A stretch of DNA of 64,000 bases, from contig OX597816.1 in assembly GCA_951406725.2 (NCBI GenBank), positions 2,542,001 to 2,606,000 of the forward strand. Reading direction: 5' to 3'. Under the pieces are notes generated by a model. That model was not told the origin of the DNA. It saw only the letters and a list, made by a program, of their open reading frames with translations, and did not search any database. The translations under genes and the position numbers were made by a program. This DNA is from Octopus vulgaris. Its lineage: Eukaryota. Shown here in pieces: positions 37,701-50,765 of this stretch (its first letter is position 1; every line of letters begins with the position of its first letter).

Positions 37701-38557
37701 CAGAGCTGTTTAATTAAAAGTTTATCTCTAATGAAAAAGACCAATAATTAGCATACTAAAGTTCAATTTCTGAGGAATTGAAGAGATAAGCTATAAATAT
37801 CTGCCCTGGATAATATACAGGGCTATGACATGAATTTCGATGGCAGAGGCATGGCTGTGTGGTTAAGGGGTTTACTTTGTATCCAGATGGTTTGGGTTCA
37901 GTCCCACAGCACCATGGAGAAGTATTTTTTAGAGCTCTGGGTCAACCAGTGCTTTATCAGGGAATTTGGTAGACAGAAACTGTGAGATGTGTGTATGTGA
38001 TAGAGAGAGAGGGGTGGAGAGAATGTCCTAGTCCCCTTACCACTTTGGATGTAAACAAACCAATGTTTCTTTGTTTCCATCTTCTTAACCTAATGGCTTG
38101 GCAAAAGGGGTTGACAGACTAAAACACCAGACTTAAAAAAGGAAAGTAGCAGGGTCAATTTGGTTGACTAAATCCAACAAGGTGGTGCTCCAGTATGGTC
38201 ACATACCAGTGACTGAAACAAGTAAAAGTGTAAAAAAGAAACATTAATACCTATACTGCCGTTAAAGTAGAGTAGCAAGTAAACCGGCCTGGGGTTAAAT
38301 AAGAACTGCAAACAACATGTTGGATTAACTTAGCAAGAGATTCCATGAGATGCCAGCAGTGAGGTGTCACCCACACCCAGAAGCTGGCATTTCACCGTTT
38401 TGTACACATTTTACTTGCTTTTGTATGAGTTTAGAAAAACTATTTTTAAGGAAAGTTAAGACATTCAGGACCCTGTTTCATTAGGTTTTGGCCAGGTCTT
38501 TGATTCTGATCCATTATTAAGCTTAACACTGAAATACATATCACAGCAAGTAGATTA

Positions 38558-38912
38558 TCATCATCATCATCATCATCATCGTTTAGCGTCCGCTTTCCAT
38601 GCTGGCATGGGTTGGACGGTGCAACTTGGGTCTGGGAAGCCAGAAGGCTGCACCAGGTCCAGTCTGATCTGGCAGTGTTTCTACAGCTGGATGCCCTTCC
38701 TAACGCCAACCACTCCGTGAGTGTAGTGGGTGCTTTTTATGTGCCACCGACACAGGTGCCAGACAAAGCTGGCGAACGGCCACGCTCGGATGGTGTTTTT
38801 TACATGCCACTGGCATGGAGGCCAGGCGAGGCTGGCATGGCCACGATCGGATGGTGTTTGTTACGTGCTACCAGCACGGAGGCCAGTCGATGCGGTACTG
38901 GCTACGGCCATT
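38558..38912 (-). mobile_element. RTE 3' tail fragment
   Basis: Same family. Confidence 0.85.
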
Positions 38913-38984
38913 ATACAAAATAAGTTAATACCTGATAATCCATGAGATACAGTAAGAAGCCAAACAATGATGTTTCAGTTTATT

Positions 38985-39498
38985 CTAAAAACATCCTGGC
39001 AAATTCAAACAAATACCTTCCGTCCGGCATCTACCATACTCTGGGCAGGGATACATTGAAGCTCCAAAGTCTGGCAACTGACTTGGTAAACACCCATAAA
39101 ATTATTAACCATTGCACCAACAACCACATTGAGCACCTTTTTGAATTCCATGTGTCCTAATACACATGTGGGCATTCCCTACAGCACAACTCTTATCCCT
39201 TTCAGAAACATTTTTTCACACTCAGAGATGCTGAAGCATGGAACAAACAACCTGCATCAGTTGTTAGTTGCCAAGACATTGCATCCTTTAAAACTTCCAT
39301 GCTTCCTGAAATTCACCAACACTACACCTGATATCCCTCCCCCCACCATAAGCATGCACACCTGTATATCATGACTCATACACTGTTCACTTTCCTGACT
39401 TTTCTACATAATTCTACAGGTGCACTGTACATGCACCTTTGATGAGTTGTGGGGCACCTGAGCACAATACAAAATAATTCCATTATTATTATTATTAT
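38985..39498 (+). mobile_element. CR1-clade LINE 3' end (older copy)
   Basis: Homologous to 37270-37700. Confidence 0.8.
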
Positions 39499-39499
39499 T

Positions 39500-40250
39500 T
39501 GATGTTGGTTTTTGTCATCAGAGAACATTTCTTCTCTTTAAATAATGTGTGTTCATAACACATGCAATTCCCTAGTGTTTCAACCTTATTGTAGGTCTCC
39601 TCAGTCAAAGTTATCCTCCCAGGCAAATGACTCTAACACAAAAGCACAAGGTCCTTGTTCATAGAATTCAGCAAACAAATTATTTGTTCATCTCTGCCAA
39701 ACATGATAATCCATGGGGTACACGTGGAACAGTGAAAAACCAGACAATGATGACTCTACTTATTCTTAGAACATGCTTAGACAAATCCAAACCTGAATAC
39801 CTGATTAATGTTGATTTTTTGTCCTCAGAGAACATCTCTTCCCTTTACAAAATGTGTGTCCATAACACATGCAATTCACCAGTGTAAAAGGACAGAGACA
39901 CTGCAGTGTTTCATCCTTATTGTACGTCTCCTCAGTCAAAGCTACCCAGCCAGCAGATGACTAAGAAAAACAGACACTCTTGTTTATATAATTCAGCAAA
40001 TAAATTATTTACTGATGCCTGCTGATGCCTGCCAAACAGATAATAATAATTCATGGGGTGCACACAGAACAGGAGGGAGAATCCAAGCAATGATGTGTCT
40101 ATTTGTTCATAATACACCCTGGCTAACTCAAACATGACTGTCTGATTGCTGTTGGTTTTCATCATCAGAACATACCTCCTCCCTTTGTATGATGCGTGTT
40201 CATAACACACAAGATTCACTAGTGTAAGGGGACAATGGGGGGCAGTGTTT
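39500..40250 (-). repeat. Diverged tandem array (~2.3 units of ~310-340 bp) with type I hammerhead motifs; retrozyme-like
   Basis: Units start at ~39501, ~39807 and ~40148. Minus-strand CTGAGGA-stem II-GAAAC at 39604->39577 and 39935->39908. Confidence 0.7.
39890..39942 (-). ncRNA. Type I hammerhead ribozyme motif (best-preserved stem III and cleavage site)
   Basis: CTGAGGA GACGTACAATAAGGAT GAA ACAC-TGCA-GTGT C: core boxes, palindromic stem III and GUC triplet; stems I and II are partly decayed. Confidence 0.6.
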
Positions 40251-41115
40251 TCTGAGGGTAAACAACAGGACTACATTTGAATCTGCTGGAATGAATAGAC
40301 ATGTTCATACCTATTCTAACAAAACTCAGACACAACAAACCCACGAGAAAACTTCCAAGAACAAAATTCTCTTAAAATAATAAAGAAATTGGCTTTAAAA
40401 TTTAAATTACTTTTTTTTATAATTACAACACATTTGAAGATAGAAATGAAAAAGCAGAAATGAACAGAAAGGACAAAAATAAATTTAGAACACCAGAAAC
40501 AAAAGAATCTAAAAGACTGGAAAAATGGTAAAATGGGAAATGAGAGATAAAAATAGAAAAAGAAATTAGAGAAAGTTGAGTGAAAGAGGAGAGAGAGAGA
40601 GACTGGAAATGATTCTAAAAGATGAGGAAATACAAAAACTCAGCTAAAAGACAGAGAAGGATTAAAGAGTGCAAAAGGTGAATGGATTAAAGAGTGTAAA
40701 GAGTGAATGGAAGTGTCCTTGACATGCTGAACAGTTTGCAAGGATTGAGGTTTGGCTCCAATTTCATGGCAAGAAGAAAATGAAAGATAAATCTAGCCCC
40801 TGGATAGCATTCCAGTCTATCACAATAACTTTCCTGACAAATAGATGAAGTAAGACAATGGGAAATAAGGTGTTCCTGCCAGAAATACCAAGGAACCCAT
40901 TGCTGGTTTGAATCCTTGATCGATCAGAAAGAGGACTGATATCTTCTTATAAAGTCAGTCGTGGGGCTTAAACTAAGACTATTTTGGATTCGAGTATAAA
41001 ATCTAGAAAACATAATCAACTTCTTGATAAAATAGAAAAAGAACCTTACAAAACATAATTATGTTCATATAGAATAATTAATGGTAAAAATTATGAAAAA
41101 AGAAACAACAGTTAC

Positions 41116-41961
41116 CTTTGACTTGAACCATAACTTTAGGCAACGATTTGGTTGAGCCATTAATTCCACTATTTCCATGGAGTTTGGGAAGATAAATTGT
41201 GTCTGGAGTTATTGCAACATTAGCTATTTCGGCGATATTACGAGTTCCTTGTCCAAAACTCCTACGTTTCTTTCTACTTCCACGTTGATCTGAGCTGAAA
41301 ACCCATTGGGTATATGCTTCGTCGTTTTTGATATTCACAATAGAACTGCTGTCAGAGGGCAAGAGTAATTCATTAGACGACAAAGATGGGGGTGAGGAAG
41401 TATTTTCGAAATCCCCTGCAATTAATTCTGTTGACTCAAAGCAGGAACTTGAAGCCTTTGGTTGGTTCGCATCCAATGTTGCCTGTGAAGCTGGATTACT
41501 CATATGAAGGCCCACTTTTCGAAAGCCATTATAAAAATTTAACTTGAGAACATGAGCATAGCGGTTGGACATTAAGGCTATGAAACTTTCATTGATGACC
41601 ACTTTGCTAACGACATGTCCCCAGTTTATAATTAAAATATGAACAACGTCTTTGTAAGAGCGTGAACATTCAGCAGAATATTTTTCTTGGATCATATAAA
41701 GGTTAACTTTTTTGTGACAAGCAACAGCAAGAGTACCTGTATGAGAACAAACGCTTAAACTATTTGCCTTTTCTTCCTGCGGTATTTCAAGGACTTCAAA
41801 GACAGGTTGACCAGGAATAATAACGGGGTATTTTTCAGCTACACGTAAGCTTATTGTAAAATTCTTTTTATTTTCCCATTTTTTCAGATCGAGATAAGTC
41901 TTTATGAAAGTTAGATTCTCATGGCGGAAATGTTTCACTTCTAAAGTAGCCAAATAATCAT
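41116..41961 (-). CDS. HPS3: HPS3 exon 2 (DDYLATLEVK...PKVMVQVK)
   Basis: Within the 315-aa ORF. DYLATLE...FIKTYLDL...SLSVCSHTGTLAVAC aligns with the HPS3 N-domain; TAG acceptor and GTAACT donor; 846 bp, phase 1-1. Confidence 0.92.
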
Positions 41962-43067
41962 CTAGAAAAAAGAAAACAAAAATACAATTTTCAAAAAAGG
42001 AAAAGAAAATTAGATTCGAGATCACAATTTCTTTTGTACTGGTTAAAAAAGAAGGGCCTCATTAACAGAATCAGCAATTGGGATCATTGCTTAATTAACA
42101 CGAAAACCATAAAAGTTAATCAGTCGAGCAAATTAGAATTTCCAGTCAGGACAGAAAGTAATTCTCCAACAACATGTTCTGTGGCATAGAGCAGTTGTTC
42201 CTAAACTTATCTCATTGCAGAACCCAGACAATATTCCAGATACTAGGAATCTACATTCAATGGATATCAACACTGCATTAATTTTACAAGAAATTAAACA
42301 GAATAAAAATGATTTTAGAATGAGAATATATTTCTATAAGAAAGCATAATAATTTACATTTTGGAATAATTTTATATTTATAATATAATAACTTATTTTG
42401 AAAATGGTAAAAACTATTTCTCTTTTATCAAATGGCTTTCTTCTTTTATTAACAGACACTTTCTCTCCAAGGATTCTAGAATTATTTCATGAAACATTGA
42501 GAGTCCCTAAAACCCACTTTGGAAACACTGAACAAGACCATCTCTTCTACTAATAAAATAAAACTGAAATTTTATATTCATTCATCGTTTTTAGTCATTA
42601 TTTATACAAATGACTCGAGAAATAATTAAATTAAACCGTAAAATGTGGCCATGTTCTGTTTTGTTGCTGTTTGGCTTTTCGTAACATTTTTGGTAACATT
42701 TAAATCCAAACACCAACAAAATTTATTAAATAAATCGAATGAAATACAATTAAATATCAATTAAAGATCCAACTGAGTCCTATAACCTTAATAAAATCCA
42801 CAGAAAACTGTCGGATAAATATTGTTTCGCCAGTTGGAAGCCCATCCTTTATGAATTTGGCTCGTTTCCAAGAATCTCATCAATATTTTCTGATAATGTC
42901 CGATAGATTTCCTTTTTTTTAAACCAGACACAGAGAAAGCATCGCAGGTTTGTAAACATAAAATAGATGTTGAGAATACAAAATAAAGGAAAGCAGGCAT
43001 CATCCCGACCACGGTTTCATTTAGATGCTAATAAGTATTTAGTAGTATATTTAGAAACAATCATGAA

Positions 43068-43110
<43 letters not shown>

Positions 43111-43770
43111 TAATCTATCCGTGAAGCCAACATCCCAAAGCTGTGAGTTTGCTGGGGGAACCTGGAATGAGATTTTAACAGAAATGGGCGGATTTGTTTG
43201 TCATTCAAATAGAAACAAATATCTCGATACATAAAATATATTCTTCACTTGTTTCTCTCTTTATTATTATTATTATTATTCTCTGCTACAACTAATGATT
43301 CCCCCCAAAACCATTTATTATTGTTCAGAAGAATGAATGGTTTTGGTTTTCTCTGGCTCCGCCATAAACCGTTTCCCGTTTACATGTTGGAACCATGCTG
43401 TCATCCATCAACACACAAACCTCCTCTCCTCCTCTTCAGGCAACAAGAAGAAACCAAAAACCGAAATTAACAATCAAGACACAATAATTAAACAGGTACT
43501 CTGCGATACAAGTACCAATTAAACACTTGCTTTCCACTCGGGGCTTCTCTCTTCAATGCAAATTATTGTAATAATTTACTTAATAAAATTCCTTTCTTAT
43601 TCATTCTCTTCTACAAAGAATCTGATTAATTTTTAATTAAGACAATAATAATAACACTGAAAATCATCAATATATATATTAATCGAGTGAGATTAATATA
43701 TATATTAACACAAATGAAGGCAGAAGCCTGTGTAAGTGGAATGGTCGTATTCTTCGAGTGTGTCTCCTAC

Positions 43771-43987
43771 CTTTCTCGCTGTAAGCCAACTGCTGGACCA
43801 AGCCTTCTGTGTTGATGGAACAGACATTCTTCCATCCTTTGCCGACCTGGATACGGAATACTTCCAAGGAACCTGCTACGGTAGCAATGAACACACAATC
43901 ACTCGATGTGCATATAGATATCGGTTCGTCGACCACGGGGAGGACGACCTGGGATTTGAACCCGAAACACCTGAACACGCGAACCAT
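43771..43987 (-). CDS. HPS3: HPS3 (BLOC-2 subunit) exon 1 (MVRVFRCFGFKSQVVLPVVDEP...LAYSEK)
   Basis: Resembles HPS3 N-terminus MVQLYNLHPFGSQQVVP...LAYSEAGDYL; AG|GTAGGA donor; 217 bp, phase 1. Confidence 0.92.
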
Positions 43988-43999
43988 CGTTGATACTTT

Positions 44000-44600
44000 T
44001 TTTGATTTTTTGGGGGGTTTTCTTTTTAGCCAGGAAAGAAGAAGTCTGAGAAATGGTTAAGAGAATAGAACTGATCTTCTGCCATCCGACTGTGGACAGA
44101 GAAGCGCCTTCGTTGTTTGCCTTGCACTCATTTCGTCCGAATCAGTCGAGAACCGAGGAAAAAGTCGTCAGCTATCTTCAACCATGACTGCCAAGAAATG
44201 CTGTAGTTGTGTATGACTGCTGCTCCTTCACCGAGGTTGTCACGGGAGGCTTCCACCACTATCACACACCACTCGAAAACTGAATAAACCAGCTTTGAAG
44301 GAATTGAACAGAACTTTAAATTCGAGCCTGTTTTATATTTCATTCGAAACATAATCTATTTCGCACAATAATTTTCTTTTAATCGAGAAATAACCCCTGT
44401 TTTTTTCTTTATATTTTATTTTAACAAACATTTATGTCCTTTCGGTTAACTTCATCGTTCAAAAATCAAAATTAAATTTGTTTAAAGAGAGTCAAAACTA
44501 TTGAAAAGGTTGCAAGACGCAACGAAAATTTTAGGAAAATAAAAATAAGAAATAAGTGGCAATTTTACCGGTGAGTGTTTTATATTATGAGGCACAAAAA
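44000..44600 (-). promoter_or_regulatory. Probable HPS3 promoter / 5'-UTR region
   Basis: Repeat-free and relatively CpG-containing sequence immediately upstream of the ATG; no motif proven. Confidence 0.4.
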
Positions 44601-44978
44601 GAGAATGACTCTCCCCAGACACAACAGAATATGCTTCAACACACGAACTCATATAAAGAATCTTGCAAACCAAATTTATTTAAAGTTATATCAAAAATGG
44701 AACGAGAAAATCTAAATTCTTTACAACAGGCACAAAGCTGTCTTATGTATAGACTTGATAGACTTTATTTAAAAGCAAAAAAATTCAGTGTTTTGCCCTA
44801 AAATCCTTTCTGTTGAAGAGCATAGGCTCCAAAACTAAAAGACTTTCCCATTCTTTCTGAGCATTAAACTAATAAACCTGCTTGTTGTTCCTACACTTGT
44901 CTTGTTTTCTGTAAATTTGAACTATATATACACGAGTGGATAAAACACATCTAGTAGGAATCACATGTTTTAAATTAT

Positions 44979-46135
44979 ATCATCATCATCGTTTAGCGTC
45001 CGCTTTCCATGCTAGCATGGGTTGGACTGTTCATCTGGGGTCTGGGAAGCCAGAAGGCTGCACCAGGCCCAGTCTGATCTGGCAATGTTTCTATGGCTGG
45101 ATGCCCTTCCTAATGTCAACCACTCCATGAGTGTAGTGGGTGCTTTTACTGTGCCACCGGCACAGGTGCCAGACAGGGCTGGCAAACGGCCACGGTCAGA
45201 TGTGCTTTTTACGCGCCACCAGCACAGGGGCCAGGTGAGGCTGTCAATGGCCACAATCGGATGGTGCTTTTTACGTGCCACCGGCACAAGGCCAGTCGTG
45301 GTGGTGCTGGCAACAGCTATGTTCGGATGGTTTTTTTACGTACCACTGGCACTGGTATCACAGCTGCAATTTCCATTGATGTTGATCGATTTCGATTTCG
45401 ATTTTGATTTGGATTTTCACTTGCCTCAACAGCTCTTCACAAGTAGAGTTTTGTGTCCCAAGAAGGAAAGGTATGCATAAGTGGACTGGCTACATCCCAG
45501 GTAGAGGCCACGGGTTATGGTCTCACTTGTCCTGCCGGGTCTTCTCACGCACAGCATACTTCCAAAGGTCTCGGTCTCTAGTCATTTCCTCGGTGAGACC
45601 TAAAGTTTGATGGTCGTGCTTCAACACCTCATCCCAGGTTTTCCTGCCTCTTCCACAGGTTCCCTCAACCGCTAGGGTGTGGCACTTTTTCACACAACTA
45701 TCTTCATCCATTCTCGTCACATGACCATACCAGCGCAAACGTCTCTCTTGCACACCACAACTGATGCTTCTTAGGTCCAACTTTTCTCTCAAGGTACTTA
45801 CACTCTGTCAAGTATGAACACTGACATTGCACATCCATCGGAGCATACTGGCTTCATTTCTTGCGAGCTTACACATATCCTCAGCAGTCACGGCCCATGT
45901 TTCACGTGTGTCATACAGTCTGCCTTTTACTCTGAGCGAGAGGCCTTTTGTCACCAGCAGAGGTAAAAGCTCTCTGAACTTTGCCCAGGCTATTCTTACT
46001 CTAGCAATTACACTTTCAGCACACCCGCCCCAGCTACTGACTTGGTCACCTAGGTAACGGAAGCTATCAACTATTTCTAGTTTTTCTCCCTGGAATGTGG
46101 CGAAAGTTGGTCTCAGAGCATTTTCAGTGTTTATA
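44979..46135 (-). mobile_element. RTE LINE 3' fragment (same family)
   Basis: FRYLGDQ..., ERRLRWYGHVTRMDEDSCVKKC...GRKTWDEV, followed by the same 3' UTR and CAT tail. Confidence 0.92.
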
Positions 46136-47448
46136 TATATATAAGAAATTATATATATATAAGAAACAAGTTTAAAATAATGGTCATTCCATTTAATTCC
46201 TTTATTTGAGCAAACTTGGCTTACAGTTGTTTCCAGAAGTCATTACAGGTTCATTACTGATAGGTTTACTTGATTGGACTCATCGTTTAGCGTCCGTTTT
46301 CCATGCTAGCATGGGTTGGACGGTTCTACTGGGGTCTGTGAAGCCAGAAGGCTTCATCAGGCCCAGTCAAATCTGGCAGTGTTTCTACGGCTGGATGCCC
46401 TTCCTAACGCCAACCACTCCGAGAGTGTAGTGGGTGCTTTTTACGTGCCACCCGCACTGGTGCCAGACAGAGCTGGCAAACGGCCACGAACGGATGGTGC
46501 TTTTTATGTGCCACCGGCACGAGGGCCAGGCGAGGCTGGCAACGGACTATTGAGGAAAATTGAATGACTTAAGAAAATTAATGGTACTTTTGTCAAAGCC
46601 ATTTCTGGATATAAGTGCTCTGCTTGTTAATTTACCTCAGTTTATCAATTGACCAAACCTATCAGTAATGAACCTGTAACGACTACTGGAAACAGCTGTA
46701 AGCCAAGTTTGTTCCAATAAAAGAATAATATGTAATGACCATTATTTTTAACTTGTCTCTTATCTATCACTCTGAATAAAAACCAGTTTGTCTGGGGCCC
46801 ATCCTTGGAGTTAAATACAGAATTGTGATGACCCATAACCTTGGACCTTACCAAAAGATTACTTGGAGTTCTTCACTAATCCAAATAATATTGTTAGCCA
46901 GGTGTGCCACCAGAGAGCTTATGAAGGATTTTGCCCGGATTGATAATCTCCCGCTATTTGTTCTATATATACATAGCTGAAGGATTAAAATTAATCAAAG
47001 GACATACTAAGTATGTCTACCTGCTGGAAACAACAGTCAAAACTCTTATTTAAATCACCAAAAGACACTGATAATAACTATAGATATCAATCGTTCAAAG
47101 GCAAACGGGCTAAGACAATCTCTCAGAATATACATTCAAGTATTTGGACTCATCTCGACTGACATAATAGCCTAAACTTCCTCAGTACGCCTGCAATCGC
47201 CTATATTATTAATTCTGTTATTATCATTTTTAAATTGTTACACAAGATAATAACAGAATCAATGATATCGTCACAAATTATTTTTTCATTAATTATTTGC
47301 TCCATATTGAATTTATATTATGAGCTGTATATATAGCTCCCAACCATAACCTAGTTGATATTTTTTATTTTTTGGATAGGATATAGTTTTCTTTTCCTTT
47401 TATGCCAACTTTTAAATTTAGCCCGAACACTGTGTATATATGTATGTG

Positions 47449-47494
<46 letters not shown>

Positions 47495-47961
47495 CACACA
47501 ACATTATTGTCATTTTGAAGTTCCCGTGTCCATGATTCTTTGTGATGGACAAAGTTTACTGAGGCGCCAACTTCTGCCGGATGCCCTTCCTGTTGCCAAC
47601 CATCACTGGTTTCCAAGCAACATATTTCCTCATGACCAGACATGATCTTGCCAAATACTGGGAATCCTACTGTTTGTGTGACAGTGACACTCACCTCCAA
47701 CTCATGCAGACACACCCTGAACTCTATACTAAACTACATTTAAATAAGACTTCAGCGTAAAAATTCCAGACATGCTTTTGACCCCCCAGACAGAAGATAA
47801 ACTATTTTGACTGATATTTGATGAGATCCATCATCAAAGCTGGTAATATTTTCTTTGTACAATTTTAAAATCATTTTATTAAATTCCTTCTTAGATTGAA
47901 ATCTCTTAGATTCTGTGCTATTCCCACCTCCATCTTTTACATATATATATATGGGGGAAAA

Positions 47962-48079
47962 AATGAATAGAAATGACTTTTCTGATAATTTTTCCACTTT
48001 AATAATTAGATGTTTACAAAAAAGTAAACATCTAATTATCAAAGTGGAAAAATTATCAGAAAAACCATTTCTATTCATT
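47962..48079. repeat. Hairpin with 56-bp arms and a 6-nt loop
   Basis: 47962-48017 versus 48024-48079, three mismatches. Confidence 0.92.
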
Positions 48080-49491
48080 CTATTTTTCGAATATATAACC
48101 GTTGCCAGTACTGCCTGACTGGCCCTTGTGCCAGTGGCACGTAAAAGCACCCACTACACTCTCGGAGTGGTTGGCATTAGGAAGGGCATCCAGCTGTAGA
48201 AACTCTGCCAGATCAAGACTGGAGCCTGGTGCAGCCATCTGGTTCGCTAGTCCTCAGTCAAATCGCCCAACCCATGCCAACATGGAAAGTGGACATTAAA
48301 CGATGATGATATAATACTGTACTGAGGACTTTCTTTCTTATTCTACCATATATATATATTTATATATACTACTTTGAGTTTCTGTCTGTCAAATTCACTG
48401 CCAAAGCTTTGGTCAGCCTGGGGTTAGAGCAGAAGACACTTGCCCCAAAGTGCAACTAAATATGAAAACGTGGTTGAGAAGTACACCTCTGTACATCCAC
48501 ATACACCAGCGTCCTCCTCGTAATTTTTAAGTCCATATTTGAATGGGTTTCCCTCCAATTCAGCATTTCACCCATTGTTGCACTCATTTGTGAAACATCC
48601 TCACATCAACTTTCACCACTTCTGCCACGTTGTTCCTCTTCCAGTTCCATTTCATTTGGACCTCCAGCCACTTCTTTACCATCGGTCATCTTCCATATGC
48701 ATCACAATTCCCGATCAGAACAATCTTCTCTCCTACACACTACATCTGACCCCTTGTAAGCCCAGTTTCCCTCTCAACCCCGTTGTTCATCCATACAGAT
48801 ATTCACCTGGACAAAGGGGATCTTTCAGTGAAACTGGTATTGTGAGAATGTCAATTAGTCTTGGCTTCAACAACATTCTAAACGTTACTAGTCCACAGAA
48901 TTGAAATCTGGTGAGTTTGAAGGCCACGGCTTTGGTGTTACCCATGATTATAAAGATTGGGTAACATTCATTCTTTGGTTGCACAAGCTTTGTCAGATGT
49001 TGAGACCTGTTGGCACAAGTGAAATCAAAGTTGAACCAAATCCTATGACTGCCGCTGGACTAACTCTTGTGCAGGTGGCAAATAAAGAAACAGTTTCGAC
49101 CCTGTGCTTAAGAGAGACCTATTGAGTCAAGTATATCAACATCAAAAATCAATGGAATTTGTAGTTGTGATCCCAGTGCCAGTGGCACATAAAAAGCACC
49201 ATCCGAACGTGGCCGATGCCAGCGCTGCCTTGACTGGCTTCCATGCCAGTGGCACGTAAAAAGCACCAACCGATTGTGGCCGTTGCCAGTCTCACCTGGC
49301 ATCTGTGCCAGTGGCACGTAAAAAGCACCGACTACACTCATGGAGTGGTTGGCGTTAGGAAGGGCATCCAGCTGTAGAAACACTACCAGATCAGACTGGA
49401 GCCTGGTGCAGCCTCCTGGCTTCCCAGACCCTGGTCGAACCGTCCAATCCATGCTAGCATGGAAAACAGACGTTAAACAACGATGGTGATG

Positions 49492-50445
49492 TACAACCTT
49501 CCACTGTGTACTTCATCCATCCAGGGCTTAACAACCATCTCATGGAAAGATACGAGATGACATGGCCTTTGTTACTCACTGCTCCTAAAACCATCACAGT
49601 TGCTGGAAACTTAATATGCATCACTCTGAGGGCAAAGATCTGCACATAACCATCTCTCATTTTTGTTTTTGTTTGGTCTTGGGCAAAGTTTATCTCATCA
49701 GAAACCCTAAACCTGCCATGAGAGATTTTAACTCTGCTAAGGAAGCACTTGGCAGGGGTCAAATGGTTTTCTTGTCTTTGCAGGCATGTTTTGTCCTCTC
49801 CTCAGAACAGACGACTCGTATCGAATGTCCTCGTGCACCGCTCTTCTGATAGTCGTCCACTCCAACACCCAAAGTTCTTTGCCATTAGTCTTCATTGATT
49901 TTCCAAGATCTTCATTGATCTTTTGAACCTGTTGAACGAATTGCAGTGTCCAAATATTTAGAATGTCTTTTTTTTTTGTCTTTGATACAGTGGAAACATT
50001 CTTACAAGAGCCTTCCAATTCCATGCAGCCTCCAGAAGGTTGTCAATTCCTAAATCGCTCTGATCTTCACATGACCGCATGTCTTTCCATTTCTTATGTA
50101 TTTCATCTGCCATGGAGGATCGGAAAGAAATAAAAACCTTTTCATCTGAAGAGTAATTAACACACCAATGATTAAGTGCCCTGAAATATCCCTCACAGCT
50201 TCTATTTTTTTGTCAACCAACCTATGATCCCACAGGCCCCAACCCCTACTTGACATTAGGGACACGGTTAGAAAAATATTTTCTCCTCTCCTGCATACAT
50301 AGTCCTGGGCAAACCATGGCCCCAAGAGACCTAAATGGCACACCTAAAAATAAATTACCTGGGTTGTTCTTAGTAGTGCAGCCCACCTGATGGTAAATTA
50401 GATTTTAAGTGACTCACTTCTCAAAAAAGGTTGCCCAATGCTCCA
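49492..50445 (-). mobile_element. Tc1/mariner superfamily transposase pseudogene (maT/DD37D-like)
   Basis: TIRRAVHEDIRY.S.VLRRGQ...SDE..F.QDQ...KFPATVMVLGAVSNKGHV...VVKPWMDEV; frameshifted and truncated by an RTE tail. Confidence 0.8.
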
Positions 50446-50454
50446 TATATAGAA

Positions 50455-50765
50455 TGGTTCTGTCTTCTTTCCACTTAATAAAACAGTTGTCTTCCTTAAC
50501 TCTAAGACTTTTCCATTCTAAATTTTGTCTCCACATCAAAGACTTCCTCAGCAAGTTTTCCTGTTTTAGCTAAAAGTGAAAGGTTGTTATGAACGTGTAA
50601 GAATTCCCATTGACAGCTTAAACCTTTCTGTTACAGTCTGAAGAATTATGATAAACAGGAGAGTTGGATATTGATGGACACCTACCTGAACACTAAATTC
50701 CTCATTAACATGATTGGAAAATATTTGTACATGGTTTGCACTGCTTTCACGAGGCGTCCCTAGAT
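50455..50765 (-). mobile_element. Old RTE RT fragment
   Basis: LVKAVQTMY...EEFSVQVGVHQ...LLFIIILQ, highly degraded. Confidence 0.6.

Noticed and set aside
44805-44850. tgaagagcataggctccaaaac, a hammerhead-like motif
   Set aside because: Both core boxes are mutated (no CUGA or GAAA); at best a dead PLE LTR remnant.
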